From: Hyphomicrobium sp.
GTDB lineage: Bacteria > Pseudomonadota > Alphaproteobacteria > Rhizobiales > Hyphomicrobiaceae
Assembly (NCBI GenBank): GCA_002928395.1
Contig: PEQZ01000001.1
Location: 2,325-66,324, forward strand
DNA: 64,000 nucleotides
Direction of reading: 5' to 3'
Shown one piece after another: positions 26,028 through 34,478 of this stretch (positions are counted from its first letter, which is position 1; each line of letters begins with the position of its first letter). The position numbers and the translations under genes are program-made. Below the pieces are notes generated by a model. That model was not told the origin of the DNA. It did no database searches and saw only the letters and a list, made by a program, of their open reading frames with translations.

Positions 26028-26810
26028 ATGAAACTCATTGTCGGCCTCGGCAATCCCGGCGATCGCTATGCCAAGAACCGTCATAACGTCGGGTTCATGG
26101 CTGTAGACGCGATTGCCAGCCGCCATCGCTTCGGACCGTGGAAGAGGAAATTCGCAGGCCTCGTCGCCGACGGCGAGATTGCCAGTGAGCGAGTCCTGTT
26201 GCTGAAGCCCGACACTTACATGAACGAGAGCGGCCGCGCTGTTGGAGAGGCTTGCCGGTTTCTCAAGATCGGCGCCAGCGACGTAATCGCGTTCCACGAC
26301 GAACTTGATCTCGGCCCTGGCAAGCTCAAGGTGAAATGCGGCGGCGGCAATGCCGGACACAACGGGCTCCGCTCCATGACCGCGCATATCACCAATGACT
26401 ACTGGCGCGTACGGCTTGGAATCGGCCATCCGGGATCGAAGGACGCGGTGTCGCATTTCGTGTTGTCGGATTTCGCCAAGGCCGACCAGACTTGGCTCGC
26501 GCCGCTGCTCGATGCCATCGCCGAAGAAGCCGCGCACCTGACCACAGGCTTGACGGCGGGCCAGGACCCACGCTTCGTGACCAACGTCCTCCGGCGTGTT
26601 CGAACTGAACCCGGCGACAAGCCGGAGGGCATCTCGTCGCCGAACGCCCCGCAGCGCGACACGCCCATGTCCGCACAACCAGCGGCTGGTCCCGAGAGAC
26701 GCCCGCAGTCTGCGCTCCATCCGGCTGGCGAACGCGCATCCAAGAAGCAATCGGCGATCGCCGACAATTTGCGGAAGTGGCTCGCCGCGCGCAACAAGCC
26801 AGATACGTGA
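26028..26810 (+). CDS. pth: Peptidyl-tRNA hydrolase with a ~65-aa C-terminal extension
   Basis: 260 aa. [27 protein letters not shown]... and [12 protein letters not shown] are canonical Pth motifs. The last ~65 residues are Pro/Arg/Gln-rich and lie beyond the usual ~190-aa domain. Confidence 0.9.
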   Translation: MKLIVGLGNPGDRYAKNRHNVGFMAVDAIASRHRFGPWKRKFAGLVADGEIASERVLLLKPDTYMNESGRAVGEACRFLKIGASDVIAFHDELDLGPGKLKVKCGGGNAGHNGLRSMTAHITNDYWRVRLGIGHPGSKDAVSHFVLSDFAKADQTWLAPLLDAIAEEAAHLTTGLTAGQDPRFVTNVLRRVRTEPGDKPEGISSPNAPQRDTPMSAQPAAGPERRPQSALHPAGERASKKQSAIADNLRKWLAARNKPDT

Positions 26811-26948
26811 AGGTCTCCGTTTTGCAAAGGGCCTTTGGCATAGCGCGCCATCCCGTATCCACTCGTAGACGCTGTTCCATGATTTTGTCACGCGGGGCAC
26901 TTATCAGAGGCCTGAGCGCTTGCCGTCGCATTGAACCGGAGCCTGCCT

Positions 26949-27737
26949 ATGACCAAGACCAACCACGACCAGACCGCCGAACACAACGGCCGCACGCGCC
27001 GGCGCATCTGGAGCATCTACTCGTGGGGAAGTCGCGCTCATTGGATCTCGACACTGTTTGCAAGCCGCGCCGACGTAGCCGTGACCTTGGGTGCGCTCGG
27101 GCTGATCGGCGGCGTCGCGGCAACGACCGTGACCGAGGCGGTCACACACTCGGAGAAGCTCACCGCACGCACCGCTGTCCCTGCCCAGCGCCTGAACGAC
27201 AACGCAACCCTCTACGGCATCGAGGGACGTGACGAGGCTGGCCGGCGCGCAGCGTTCGATCTGGTGGTCTTGAACAAGAATTTCGATTGGGTTCGTGGCA
27301 GCACGACCGAACTCGTCAAGGACGGCAAGGTCCTTTCGCCGGTCGACGTCACCCGCGAAGTACTGAGCGCTGAAGTTCGACAGAGCCTGCTGAGCTCCAA
27401 GAAGGTGATTACCATCGGCACAGCCTCGCAGGAGGGCGATATCACGGCGGAAACCCACCGCGCGGGCCTGCGCGCCAGGCAAGCTGCCGAGTGGGTCGGG
27501 GCCGTATTGCCGGCATCGGTCACAATCTACATGCTCAACCTAGGCCAGTATCGGGAGCCTTGCGCCGAATGCGAAACCGGCAGCACCAGCTGGCAACGGC
27601 CCTTCATCGTCGTCGCCGTCCGCGACCACGAACAGGGCGCCGATATCGGTCAAGCGCTGGCGTCCGCCATGGGCGGGAAAACCAATCTCCCGAGCCTGTC
27701 GGCCTACACCACATTCGGCCTGACGAAACACCGCTGA
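26949..27737 (+). CDS. Hypothetical membrane-anchored protein
   Basis: 262 aa from the ATG at 26949 (GGAG 7 nt upstream; the track ORF begins at a TTG at 26931). It has one TM segment (VAVTLGALGLIGGVAATTV), a soluble domain and a CAEC pair. No family recognised. It is inserted between pth and ychF. Confidence 0.55.
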   Translation: MTKTNHDQTAEHNGRTRRRIWSIYSWGSRAHWISTLFASRADVAVTLGALGLIGGVAATTVTEAVTHSEKLTARTAVPAQRLNDNATLYGIEGRDEAGRRAAFDLVVLNKNFDWVRGSTTELVKDGKVLSPVDVTREVLSAEVRQSLLSSKKVITIGTASQEGDITAETHRAGLRARQAAEWVGAVLPASVTIYMLNLGQYREPCAECETGSTSWQRPFIVVAVRDHEQGADIGQALASAMGGKTNLPSLSAYTTFGLTKHR

Positions 27738-27890
27738 ACGATCGCGCGACCATCTACTTTGCAGCTGATGACTTGCGCTTCGAAAACCGGGCTTCACAAT
27801 TGCTGGGAAGCATCTTAGGCATGCCGTGACGGCACTTATCCCGCTCGCGTGCGTCTCCGCCGCGTGCCTTTCCCGACAGGAACTCGACCC

Positions 27891-28988
27891 ATGGGCTTCA
27901 AATGCGGCATCGTCGGCTTGCCGAACGTTGGTAAGTCAACGTTGTTCAATGCGTTGACCCAGACTGCGGCGGCCGAGGCGGCCAACTACCCGTTCTGTAC
28001 CATCGAGCCGAACGTGGGCGAAGTCGGCGTTCCCGACCCGCGGCTGGACACCCTGGCCAAGATCATGAACTCGAAAGAGATCATACCGACGCGGCTCACC
28101 TTCGTCGATATTGCGGGCCTCGTGCGCGGCGCATCCAAGGGCGAAGGCCTCGGCAACAAGTTTCTTTCCCACATCCGCGAGGTCGACGCGGTCGCCTATG
28201 TGCTGCGCTGCTTCGAGGACGACGACATCACCCACGTCGAGAACCGTATCGACCCGCTGGCCGACGCCGACACGGTCGAAACCGAGCTGATGCTCGCCGA
28301 TCTCGAGAGCCTAGAGAAGCGCGCTTCAGCCGCCGAGAAAAAGGCCAAAACCGGCGACAAGGACGCCAAGGCGCAAGTCGCCGTCATGGAGAAGATCTTA
28401 GTGCCGTTGCGCGAAGGCAAGCCTGCCCGGACCACGCCGCTTTCGGCCGAGGACATGCCGATCTTCCGTGCGCTGCAGTTGCTCACGTCGAAGCCCGTGG
28501 TCTACGTCTGCAACGTCGACGAGGCGTCCGCGGCGAACGGCAACGCGTTCTCAGCCAAGGTCCAAGAGCGCGCCAAGGCCGAGGGCGCGGCTGCCGTCAT
28601 CATTTCCGCCAAGATCGAAGCGGAGTTCGCCGGCCTGGCCGCCGAGGATCGCGACGAATTCCTGAACGAGATGGGGCTCGAAGAGCCCGGCCTCAACCGC
28701 CTCATCCGGGCCGGATACTCGTTGCTCGACCTCGTGACCTACTTCACGGTCGGACCCAAGGAAGCCCGCGCCTGGACCATCACGCGCGGCACCAAGGCGC
28801 CAGGAGCCGCGGGCGTCATTCACACCGATTTCGAGAAGGGCTTCATCCGCGCCGAAACCATCGCCTATGACGACTATGCGAGCCTGGGCGGCGAAGTCGC
28901 GTGCAAGGAAGCCGGCAAGATGCGGCTGGAAGGCAAGGAGTACGTGGTCAAGGACGGCGACGTGATGCATTTTCGATTTGCGACCTGA
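27891..28988 (+). CDS. ychF: Redox-regulated ATPase YchF
   Basis: 365 aa from the ATG at 27891. The G1 motif is [12 protein letters not shown] and the C-terminal TGS-like end is [12 protein letters not shown]. Confidence 0.9.
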   Translation: MGFKCGIVGLPNVGKSTLFNALTQTAAAEAANYPFCTIEPNVGEVGVPDPRLDTLAKIMNSKEIIPTRLTFVDIAGLVRGASKGEGLGNKFLSHIREVDAVAYVLRCFEDDDITHVENRIDPLADADTVETELMLADLESLEKRASAAEKKAKTGDKDAKAQVAVMEKILVPLREGKPARTTPLSAEDMPIFRALQLLTSKPVVYVCNVDEASAANGNAFSAKVQERAKAEGAAAVIISAKIEAEFAGLAAEDRDEFLNEMGLEEPGLNRLIRAGYSLLDLVTYFTVGPKEARAWTITRGTKAPGAAGVIHTDFEKGFIRAETIAYDDYASLGGEVACKEAGKMRLEGKEYVVKDGDVMHFRFAT

Positions 28989-29005
28989 GAGAGACGAGAC
29001 AGCCC

Positions 29006-29251
29006 ATGACAGACACGCTCCCGGACCGGCTTTCCACGAACCCCCAAAATCCTCACTACGACGCCGAAATTCTGGCGCGCGTGGTCGGCATCCGCTTCAA
29101 CGGTGTCGAGAAAACCAACGTCGAAGAATACTGCGTCAGTGAAGGATGGATCCGCGTTGCAGCGGGCAATAGCAAAGACCGCAATGGCAACCCGATGACC
29201 ATCAAGCTCAAGGGCCGGGTCGAACCGTTCTTCAAGGGCGGAGGAGGCTGA
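29006..29251 (+). CDS. DUF3297 family protein
   Basis: 81 aa from the ATG at 29006: MTDTLPDRLSTNPQNPHYDAEILARVVGIRFNGVEKTNVEEYCVSEGWIRVAAGNSKDRNGNPMTIKLKGRVEPFF. The family is recalled from memory. Confidence 0.65.
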   Translation: MTDTLPDRLSTNPQNPHYDAEILARVVGIRFNGVEKTNVEEYCVSEGWIRVAAGNSKDRNGNPMTIKLKGRVEPFFKGGGG

Positions 29252-29350
29252 TCAATGCCGTTCCCGCCAAGCCGTCCTCTCACCGAAGCGCGGCCCGCTT
29301 CGCCGTGCCGGCCCGCACATGCGAATGTCCACTGATTTTTTGCCAAGCGC

Positions 29351-30058
29351 CTAACCCTGCGCCTTCTGGCCATAGGCTTTGAATTTGTCGAGCATCAGTG
29401 CCATCTCGCTGTCGGGCAGGATCACGGGAATGCCGAGCGTGAGCACCTTGTAGTACTGCTCGGCCAACACCTCGACCTCGGCCGCGAGTTCGAGTGCCGA
29501 TTGCAGCGTCGGGCCGATGGCGATCTGGCCGTGGTTGGACATGAGGCAGGCGTTGCGATGGGCGAGCCCTCCCGCGACATGCCGCGACAACTCCTCGGTT
29601 CCGAAGGTGGCATAGGGCACGAGCGGGATGTCGTTCCCGCCCGCGGCCGCCACCATGTAGTGGAAGGCCGGTATCGGTTTGTGCGCACAGGCCAAAACTG
29701 TTGCATGGAGCGAGTGCGTGTGAACAACGGCGCCCATGTCGGGCCGCGTGTCGTAAGCCGCAAGATGGAAGCGCCACTCGCTCGACGGCTTCTTTTGCCC
29801 CGGCCGAACCTCGCCGTCGCCATCCACGAACACGATGTCCCTGGGCTCGAGCGCATCATAGGCCATGCCCGATGGCGTCACCAGCATGCCGGTTTTCCAC
29901 CGTCGCGAGACATTTCCCGAGCGCCCAGGCGACAGCCCCATCCGGCTCATCTCGCGCGCGGTCGTGATGACGTCGCGTCGTGCAGACAACTCGCCCACGG
30001 CCGCAGCCGCCGACCGCTTCGGTCCCGCGCTCGTCCGCTTTGTCTTGACCACAGTCAC
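29351..30058 (-). CDS. Class II aldolase/adducin family protein (candidate 5-methylthioribulose-1-phosphate aldolase Ald2, or dehydratase MtnB)
   Basis: 235 aa. Metal ligands are GAVVHTHSLHA and LMSNHGQIAIG. It is co-oriented with mtnA 360 nt upstream. The two activities cannot be told apart by eye. Confidence 0.8.
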   Translation of the reverse strand: MTVVKTKRTSAGPKRSAAAAVGELSARRDVITTAREMSRMGLSPGRSGNVSRRWKTGMLVTPSGMAYDALEPRDIVFVDGDGEVRPGQKKPSSEWRFHLAAYDTRPDMGAVVHTHSLHATVLACAHKPIPAFHYMVAAAGGNDIPLVPYATFGTEELSRHVAGGLAHRNACLMSNHGQIAIGPTLQSALELAAEVEVLAEQYYKVLTLGIPVILPDSEMALMLDKFKAYGQKAQG

Positions 30059-30079
30059 GCCTGCCCCCCCGGCTACTCT

Positions 30080-30262
30080 TTAGACATACGCAATCAGACG
30101 GCCTGCCGCCGCCACCGTCAACCATGTCGCGCGTGCAAGCCCGGCCGCCAGCCGTACACTCTTCGACAGCGGCACATTGGGGGTCACAATTCCGGCCTCG
30201 AGGAAGACCGCCATCCGTCCGAGGATCAGAGCGTTCGCGAGGCCGAGGACGATCAGCATCAC
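30080..30262 (-). CDS. Possible small hydrophobic protein between mtnA and the aldolase gene
   Basis: 60 aa with GTG/ATG starts at 30262/30259: MLIVLGLANALILGRMAVFLEAGIVTPNVPLSKSVRLAAGLARATWLTVAAAGRLIAYV. GC3 bias is good, and the stop is 21 nt before the aldolase start. No homolog recognised. Confidence 0.35.
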   Translation of the reverse strand: MMLIVLGLANALILGRMAVFLEAGIVTPNVPLSKSVRLAAGLARATWLTVAAAGRLIAYV

Positions 30263-30420
30263 CTTGATCTGGAATAACGGATTGAGCGCCAGGTGGCCGG
30301 CTTCCGACGGAACGAGGAATACGCTTGCAATTCCACATCATGATCCGCTCCTGAAAACTGAGTTTCAGTGGCGTCTCCGGCGCTATCACTTGACCTCGCT
30401 CAAGCCTACCGCCCGCCCCC

Positions 30421-31512
30421 TCACGCCCTCTCCGGATAGAGCTTTTTCAGCCCGACCGTGGTGGATGGCGCCACACCGCGTTCGGTGATGAGGCCGGTGA
30501 CGAGGCGCGCCGGTGTCACGTCGAAGGCCGGGTTGCCGGCCGGCGAGCCGGGGGCTGCGATCTCGACGGTGACGACGCTGCCATCGGGAAGACGGCCAGG
30601 CATTTTCAAGACTTCGTCCTGCCCGCGCTCCTCGATCTCGATCGCCATGCCGTCGTCCATGGTCCAGTCGATCGTGGTATGCGGTAGCGCGACATAGAAC
30701 GGCACATTGTTGTCTTTTGCGGCCAGCGCCTTCAGATAGGTTCCGATCTTGTTGGCCACGTCGCCGTTCGCGGTGACGCGGTCGGTCCCGACGATGCAGA
30801 GATCGACCTTGCCGTGCTGCATCAGATGGCCGCCGGCGTTGTCGACGATGATGGTATGCGGCACGCCGTGGCTGCCGAGCTCATAGGCGGTCAAGGCGGC
30901 ACCCTGGTTGCGCGGCCGTGTCTCGTCGACCCAGACATGCACGGGAATGCCCGCATCGTGCGCCATATAGATGGGCGCGGTGGCCGTGCCCCAGTCGACG
31001 CAGGCGATCCAGCCGGCGTTGCAGTGGGTCAGTACGTTGACGCGTTCGCCGGGCTGCTTTTTGCTCGCAATCTCCTTGATGATGGCCAGCCCGTGCTCAC
31101 CGATGCGACGACAGACTTCGACGTCTTCGTCGGCCATGCGCGCGGCCCGGGCATATGCGGCACTGACCCGCCCGTCATAGGGCAGGTTCTGCACGGCGGC
31201 CCGCATTTCATCCAGCGCCCAACGCAGGTTGACCGCAGTCGGGCGCTGCTCTGCAAGAAAGCGAATTTCGTTCTCCAGCGAGATGTCGGAGGGGTCGGCC
31301 CTCAGCGCCATGCACAATCCATAGGCCGCCGTGACGCCGATCAGCGGCGCGCCACGCACTTGCATCGTCTTGATCGCGCGGGCCGCATCTTCCACCGACT
31401 TGAGGTTCGCCGTTTCGAACCGATGCGGAAGCTTGGTCTGATCGATGACTTCGACAGACCACCCGTCTGCCGCCAGCCAGATGGTGCGGAAATGCTTACC
31501 CTTGATGTTCAT
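30421..31512 (-). CDS. mtnA: S-methyl-5-thioribose-1-phosphate isomerase
   Basis: 363 aa. The eIF-2B/MtnA family pattern is present: [11 protein letters not shown]...[16 protein letters not shown]...THCNAG...[11 protein letters not shown]...[20 protein letters not shown]. Confidence 0.9.
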   Translation of the reverse strand: MNIKGKHFRTIWLAADGWSVEVIDQTKLPHRFETANLKSVEDAARAIKTMQVRGAPLIGVTAAYGLCMALRADPSDISLENEIRFLAEQRPTAVNLRWALDEMRAAVQNLPYDGRVSAAYARAARMADEDVEVCRRIGEHGLAIIKEIASKKQPGERVNVLTHCNAGWIACVDWGTATAPIYMAHDAGIPVHVWVDETRPRNQGAALTAYELGSHGVPHTIIVDNAGGHLMQHGKVDLCIVGTDRVTANGDVANKIGTYLKALAAKDNNVPFYVALPHTTIDWTMDDGMAIEIEERGQDEVLKMPGRLPDGSVVTVEIAAPGSPAGNPAFDVTPARLVTGLITERGVAPSTTVGLKKLYPERA

Positions 31513-31516
31513 GACG

Positions 31517-31762
31517 TCAGTTTCCGCTATTCATCTGGGGGCAGAGTGGAATGCTGATCGCGTCGTCTATGCCGCAATGGCCGCAGCTCACGGCATACCA
31601 CTCGGCATAAGGCCGCGCCGAACGGTCGACAATCTTGAATTCCGGAGCATCACAGATCGGGCAAAAGATCGGCAAGGATGGAGCCCGCCGCCAGATCTGG
31701 ACCTTTGCCAGGGCTTCACGAATCTCGTGGATGTTCGCCAGCTTCTTGTCGCGCCTGAACAT
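31517..31762 (-). CDS. Hypothetical small zinc-ribbon-like protein embedded in the apt-mtnA operon
   Basis: 81 aa with CPIC...CGHC pairs ([67 protein letters not shown]...). Its start is 9 nt after the apt stop, and its stop is 4 nt before the mtnA start. Confidence 0.55.
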   Translation of the reverse strand: MFRRDKKLANIHEIREALAKVQIWRRAPSLPIFCPICDAPEFKIVDRSARPYAEWYAVSCGHCGIDDAISIPLCPQMNSGN

Positions 31763-31771
31763 GATTGCTCC

Positions 31772-32302
31772 TCAATGCCCGTCGAAGGCCATGAGCGCAT
31801 GACAATCGATCCCGAGCGCTTGCAGCCTCTTGGCGCCGCCGAGCTCAGGCAGATCGACGATGAACGCGGCGCCGATGACGTGACCGCCGGTCCGCGTCAC
31901 CAGTTTCACCGCCGCTTCGGCGGTGCCGCCGGTGGCGATGAGGTCGTCGATGATGAGAATCCGCTCACCCTTCTTGATCGCATCCTCATGGATCTCTATC
32001 ACATCGACACCGTACTCGAGAGAATACTCCTGGCCGATCGTCTTCCAGGGCAACTTGCCCTTCTTCCGAATGGGGATAAAGCCGCATCCCAGCCGGTCAG
32101 CCACCGCACCGCCGAGGATGAAGCCGCGCGCTTCGATACCGGCCACCGCGTCGATGGGCTTGGTCCGATAGGGTTCGGTCATCTGGGCGATGGTCGCCTT
32201 GAAGCCCTGGGGATCGCCCAGCAACGTCGTGACGTCGCGAAACATGATCCCCGGCTTCGGGTAATCGGGGATTGTGCGAACCAGTCGTTTCAGATCGTTC
32301 AA
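31772..32302 (-). CDS. apt: Adenine phosphoribosyltransferase
   Basis: Motifs are IPDYPKPGIMFRDVTTLL and ILIIDDLIATGGTAEA. I prefer the TTG at 32302 (GAGGTGG 3 nt upstream), which gives 176 aa. The track ORF extends to a GTG at 32377 through AT-richer sequence. Confidence 0.85.
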   Translation of the reverse strand: MNDLKRLVRTIPDYPKPGIMFRDVTTLLGDPQGFKATIAQMTEPYRTKPIDAVAGIEARGFILGGAVADRLGCGFIPIRKKGKLPWKTIGQEYSLEYGVDVIEIHEDAIKKGERILIIDDLIATGGTAEAAVKLVTRTGGHVIGAAFIVDLPELGGAKRLQALGIDCHALMAFDGH

Positions 32303-32469
32303 GGGCCACCTCAAGGTCAAAATCGCGGCGCAAAATAGCAATATCTCACGGATCAGGGTAGAACGTTTCGCAAACACCGTATGTGCTGGTTTTTTGAACT
32401 AGCGAAGTGCCGCGCCGGGTTCAAGCACGTTTACTCGGGAACGTTCGAAAACGCAGGAGTGTGAAGGCC

Positions 32470-32868
32470 ATGACCGATACAAACTACCCGATGACGGCCG
32501 ATGGCGGACCCGACGACCTACCGCGTACCCTGCGCCGCGAACGTGACGCGCGAGAGCGGGAAGCCCGCGAGCGAATGGCCAAAGAGCAGCGCGAGAGTTT
32601 CGCGCCCCACACCGGACCAGGGATCGCCGACCCGTTCGCAGGGACCGACGCGGGCTATGCGAACGTGCCGGGCGAACCGCTGCCGGCGGTCGTGCGGAGC
32701 TTCGATGTGCCGTTCTTGCAGCTTGTCGGCTTCTTTATGAAGGCGGTTTTCGCCATGGTTCCGGCGTTGATCCTGCTCGGTGTCATTCTGTGGGGCCTCG
32801 GGCAACTCTTGCAGAACTTTTTCCCGCAACTCGTCAAGATGCAGATCCTGATCTGGTTCCCGAACTGA
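32470..32868 (+). CDS. Hypothetical membrane protein
   Basis: 132 aa from the ATG at 32470. It has a charged Arg/Glu-rich N-terminus (RRERDAREREARERMAKEQRE) and a C-terminal TM region (LQLVGFFMKAVFAMVPALILLGVILWGLG). Confidence 0.55.
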   Translation: MTDTNYPMTADGGPDDLPRTLRRERDAREREARERMAKEQRESFAPHTGPGIADPFAGTDAGYANVPGEPLPAVVRSFDVPFLQLVGFFMKAVFAMVPALILLGVILWGLGQLLQNFFPQLVKMQILIWFPN

Positions 32869-32880
32869 GCCGGCGCCGCC

Positions 32881-33705
32881 ATGACCTCGCGATCCGACAG
32901 ATTGACCCGGCGCAACTTGTTACGAGCCGCCGCCGCGGCAGCCGCCACGGGCGCTCTCCCGTTCAATGCGGCCAGCGCCCGGCCCGACAAGAGTGCCGAG
33001 CTCGAAACCGAGCTGAAACGTCAAGGCGTGGTGGGTGCCTTCGCTCATCTCGACGTGACGTCCGACCGCTTGACGATGGCCCATGCCGCACGCGCCGGTG
33101 AGCGGCTGATCCCGGCGTCGACCTTCAAAATCGCCAACAGCCTGATCGCGATCGAGACCGGAGTAGTCGCCGACGAGCGTCACGTCTTCCGCTGGGATGG
33201 CCAGCCACGCTCCTTCAAGGCTTGGGAGCAGGACATGACGTTGCGGCAGGCGATCCCGGCGTCCAACGTGCCGGTATTCCAGGAGATCGCGCGCCGCGTC
33301 GGCCTCAATCAGTATCGTGAATGGCTGGACAAGCTCGAATACGGCAACGGCCTTGTCGGCGACGCCGTCGAGACCTTCTGGCTGGATGGACCGCTGAAGA
33401 TCAGCGCCGTCGAGCAGACGAGTTTTCTGGCAGCCCTTGCGCTTGGCCAGTTGCCGATTTCGAAGCGCGCGCAGGATCTGGTGAAGGACATGTTGAGGGT
33501 CGAAACGCGAACGGGACGGACCCTCTACGCGAAATCCGGCTGGTGCTTCTCGACCAAACCGCAGATCGGCTGGTGGGTCGGTTGGGTCGAAGCGCCGGAT
33601 CGCATCGACACGTTCGCGCTCAACATGGACATGGCGAGCGCCGAGGATGCTCCTCGGCGAATAACGGCTGCAAAATCGATGCTGGCGGCGCTGAACGTCT
33701 ACTGA
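32881..33705 (+). CDS. Class D (OXA-type) beta-lactamase with a twin-arginine signal peptide
   Basis: 274 aa. The Tat motif is LTRRNLLRAAAAAAATGALPFNAASA. All class D signature elements are present and in order: STFK (PASTFKIANSL), SxV (SNVPVFQ), YGN (LEYGNG), KSG (YAKSGW) and WWVGWVE. Confidence 0.85.
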   Translation: MTSRSDRLTRRNLLRAAAAAAATGALPFNAASARPDKSAELETELKRQGVVGAFAHLDVTSDRLTMAHAARAGERLIPASTFKIANSLIAIETGVVADERHVFRWDGQPRSFKAWEQDMTLRQAIPASNVPVFQEIARRVGLNQYREWLDKLEYGNGLVGDAVETFWLDGPLKISAVEQTSFLAALALGQLPISKRAQDLVKDMLRVETRTGRTLYAKSGWCFSTKPQIGWWVGWVEAPDRIDTFALNMDMASAEDAPRRITAAKSMLAALNVY

Positions 33706-33727
33706 CCGCCGCACGGCCAAACCGCGT

Positions 33728-33925
33728 TTACGTCCTGAGCGACAATTCCTTCTCCAGCGCCGTCCGCTCGTAGGTTTCGGCAATACTCTTGATCCGATAC
33801 TGGAACTGACCGTTCTCGGGCGGCATCAGCCGCAGCACCTTGTACTCGCGCGACGAGGCGGGCATGCTTTGTCGGCTTGGCGCGAACGCGACCAGTTGTC
33901 CGATCCTGTACTTGTGTACGGCCAT
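33728..33925 (-). CDS. Small conserved hypothetical protein (FQYRIKS-motif family)
   Basis: 65 aa: MAVHKYRIGQLVAFAPSRQSMPASSREYKVLRLMPPENGQFQYRIKSIAETYERTALEKELSL. Codon bias is good. It resembles small orphan proteins common in Rhizobiales (from memory). Confidence 0.5.
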   Translation of the reverse strand: MAVHKYRIGQLVAFAPSRQSMPASSREYKVLRLMPPENGQFQYRIKSIAETYERTALEKELSLRT

Positions 33926-34054
33926 TGAAGCCTCGCATGGTTGCGGGTGGGGATATTCCGACCAAAAATTCGCGTTCGCACCACCTTGCCACCGGCAAAG
34001 CTCGGCACGGCGGTCTCACTGCGGCGTCTCATTCGTTTTGAGCAGCGACCGTCG

Positions 34055-34267
34055 TCAACGGCGACCGAAGTCACGCTTCTGAGGGCGCTTCGCGTTGTCG
34101 ACATCCGACACTTCGGAACGATCCGATCGGAGCGCGCGCTTCTTGTCCCGGACACTGGCCCTGGTGCGTTCGATTGCCGCGAGCGCAGAACGTGACGAAA
34201 CGACATAATAAAGGCCAGCGCACGTGAGCGCACCAAGGCCTCCCCACACCATATACATGAATATCAT
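34055..34267 (-). CDS. Possible small membrane protein
   Basis: 70 aa with an N-terminal TM segment (MIFMYMVWGGLGALTCAGLYYVV) and a basic tail. No family recognised. Confidence 0.35.
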   Translation of the reverse strand: MIFMYMVWGGLGALTCAGLYYVVSSRSALAAIERTRASVRDKKRALRSDRSEVSDVDNAKRPQKRDFGRR

Positions 34268-34478
34268 CTCCGCCTAGCCAATTGAAACGCGCCGGATGGC
34301 GCGCGCGGCTGGGGCAGGCCGGGACGTGCGATGCCGGAACCATTGCCAGACTGAGGCGCAGCCCCGGCTGGAACCGCGGCGTCGGCGGAGCCTGAGCTTC
34401 AATTGTTAACAACCCGGCCTTGGCAACTCGGCCGAGTTCACGCGGGTGGCGGGAGCAGAAGTCCGCACTGGTCCTTCG

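Noticed and set aside
25632-26900. 422-aa minus-strand ORF opposite rplY and pth
   Set aside because: It is antisense to two canonical genes. Its Ala/Gly-rich stretches simply mirror the L25 AKP tail.
30263-30420. Possible longer version of the small hydrophobic ORF or another gene between mtnA and the aldolase gene
   Set aside because: The in-frame upstream extension hits a TGA at 30338-30340 and has no ATG/GTG/TTG start. The overlapping 177-aa ORF (29856-30389) is Arg-rich and overlaps the aldolase gene.
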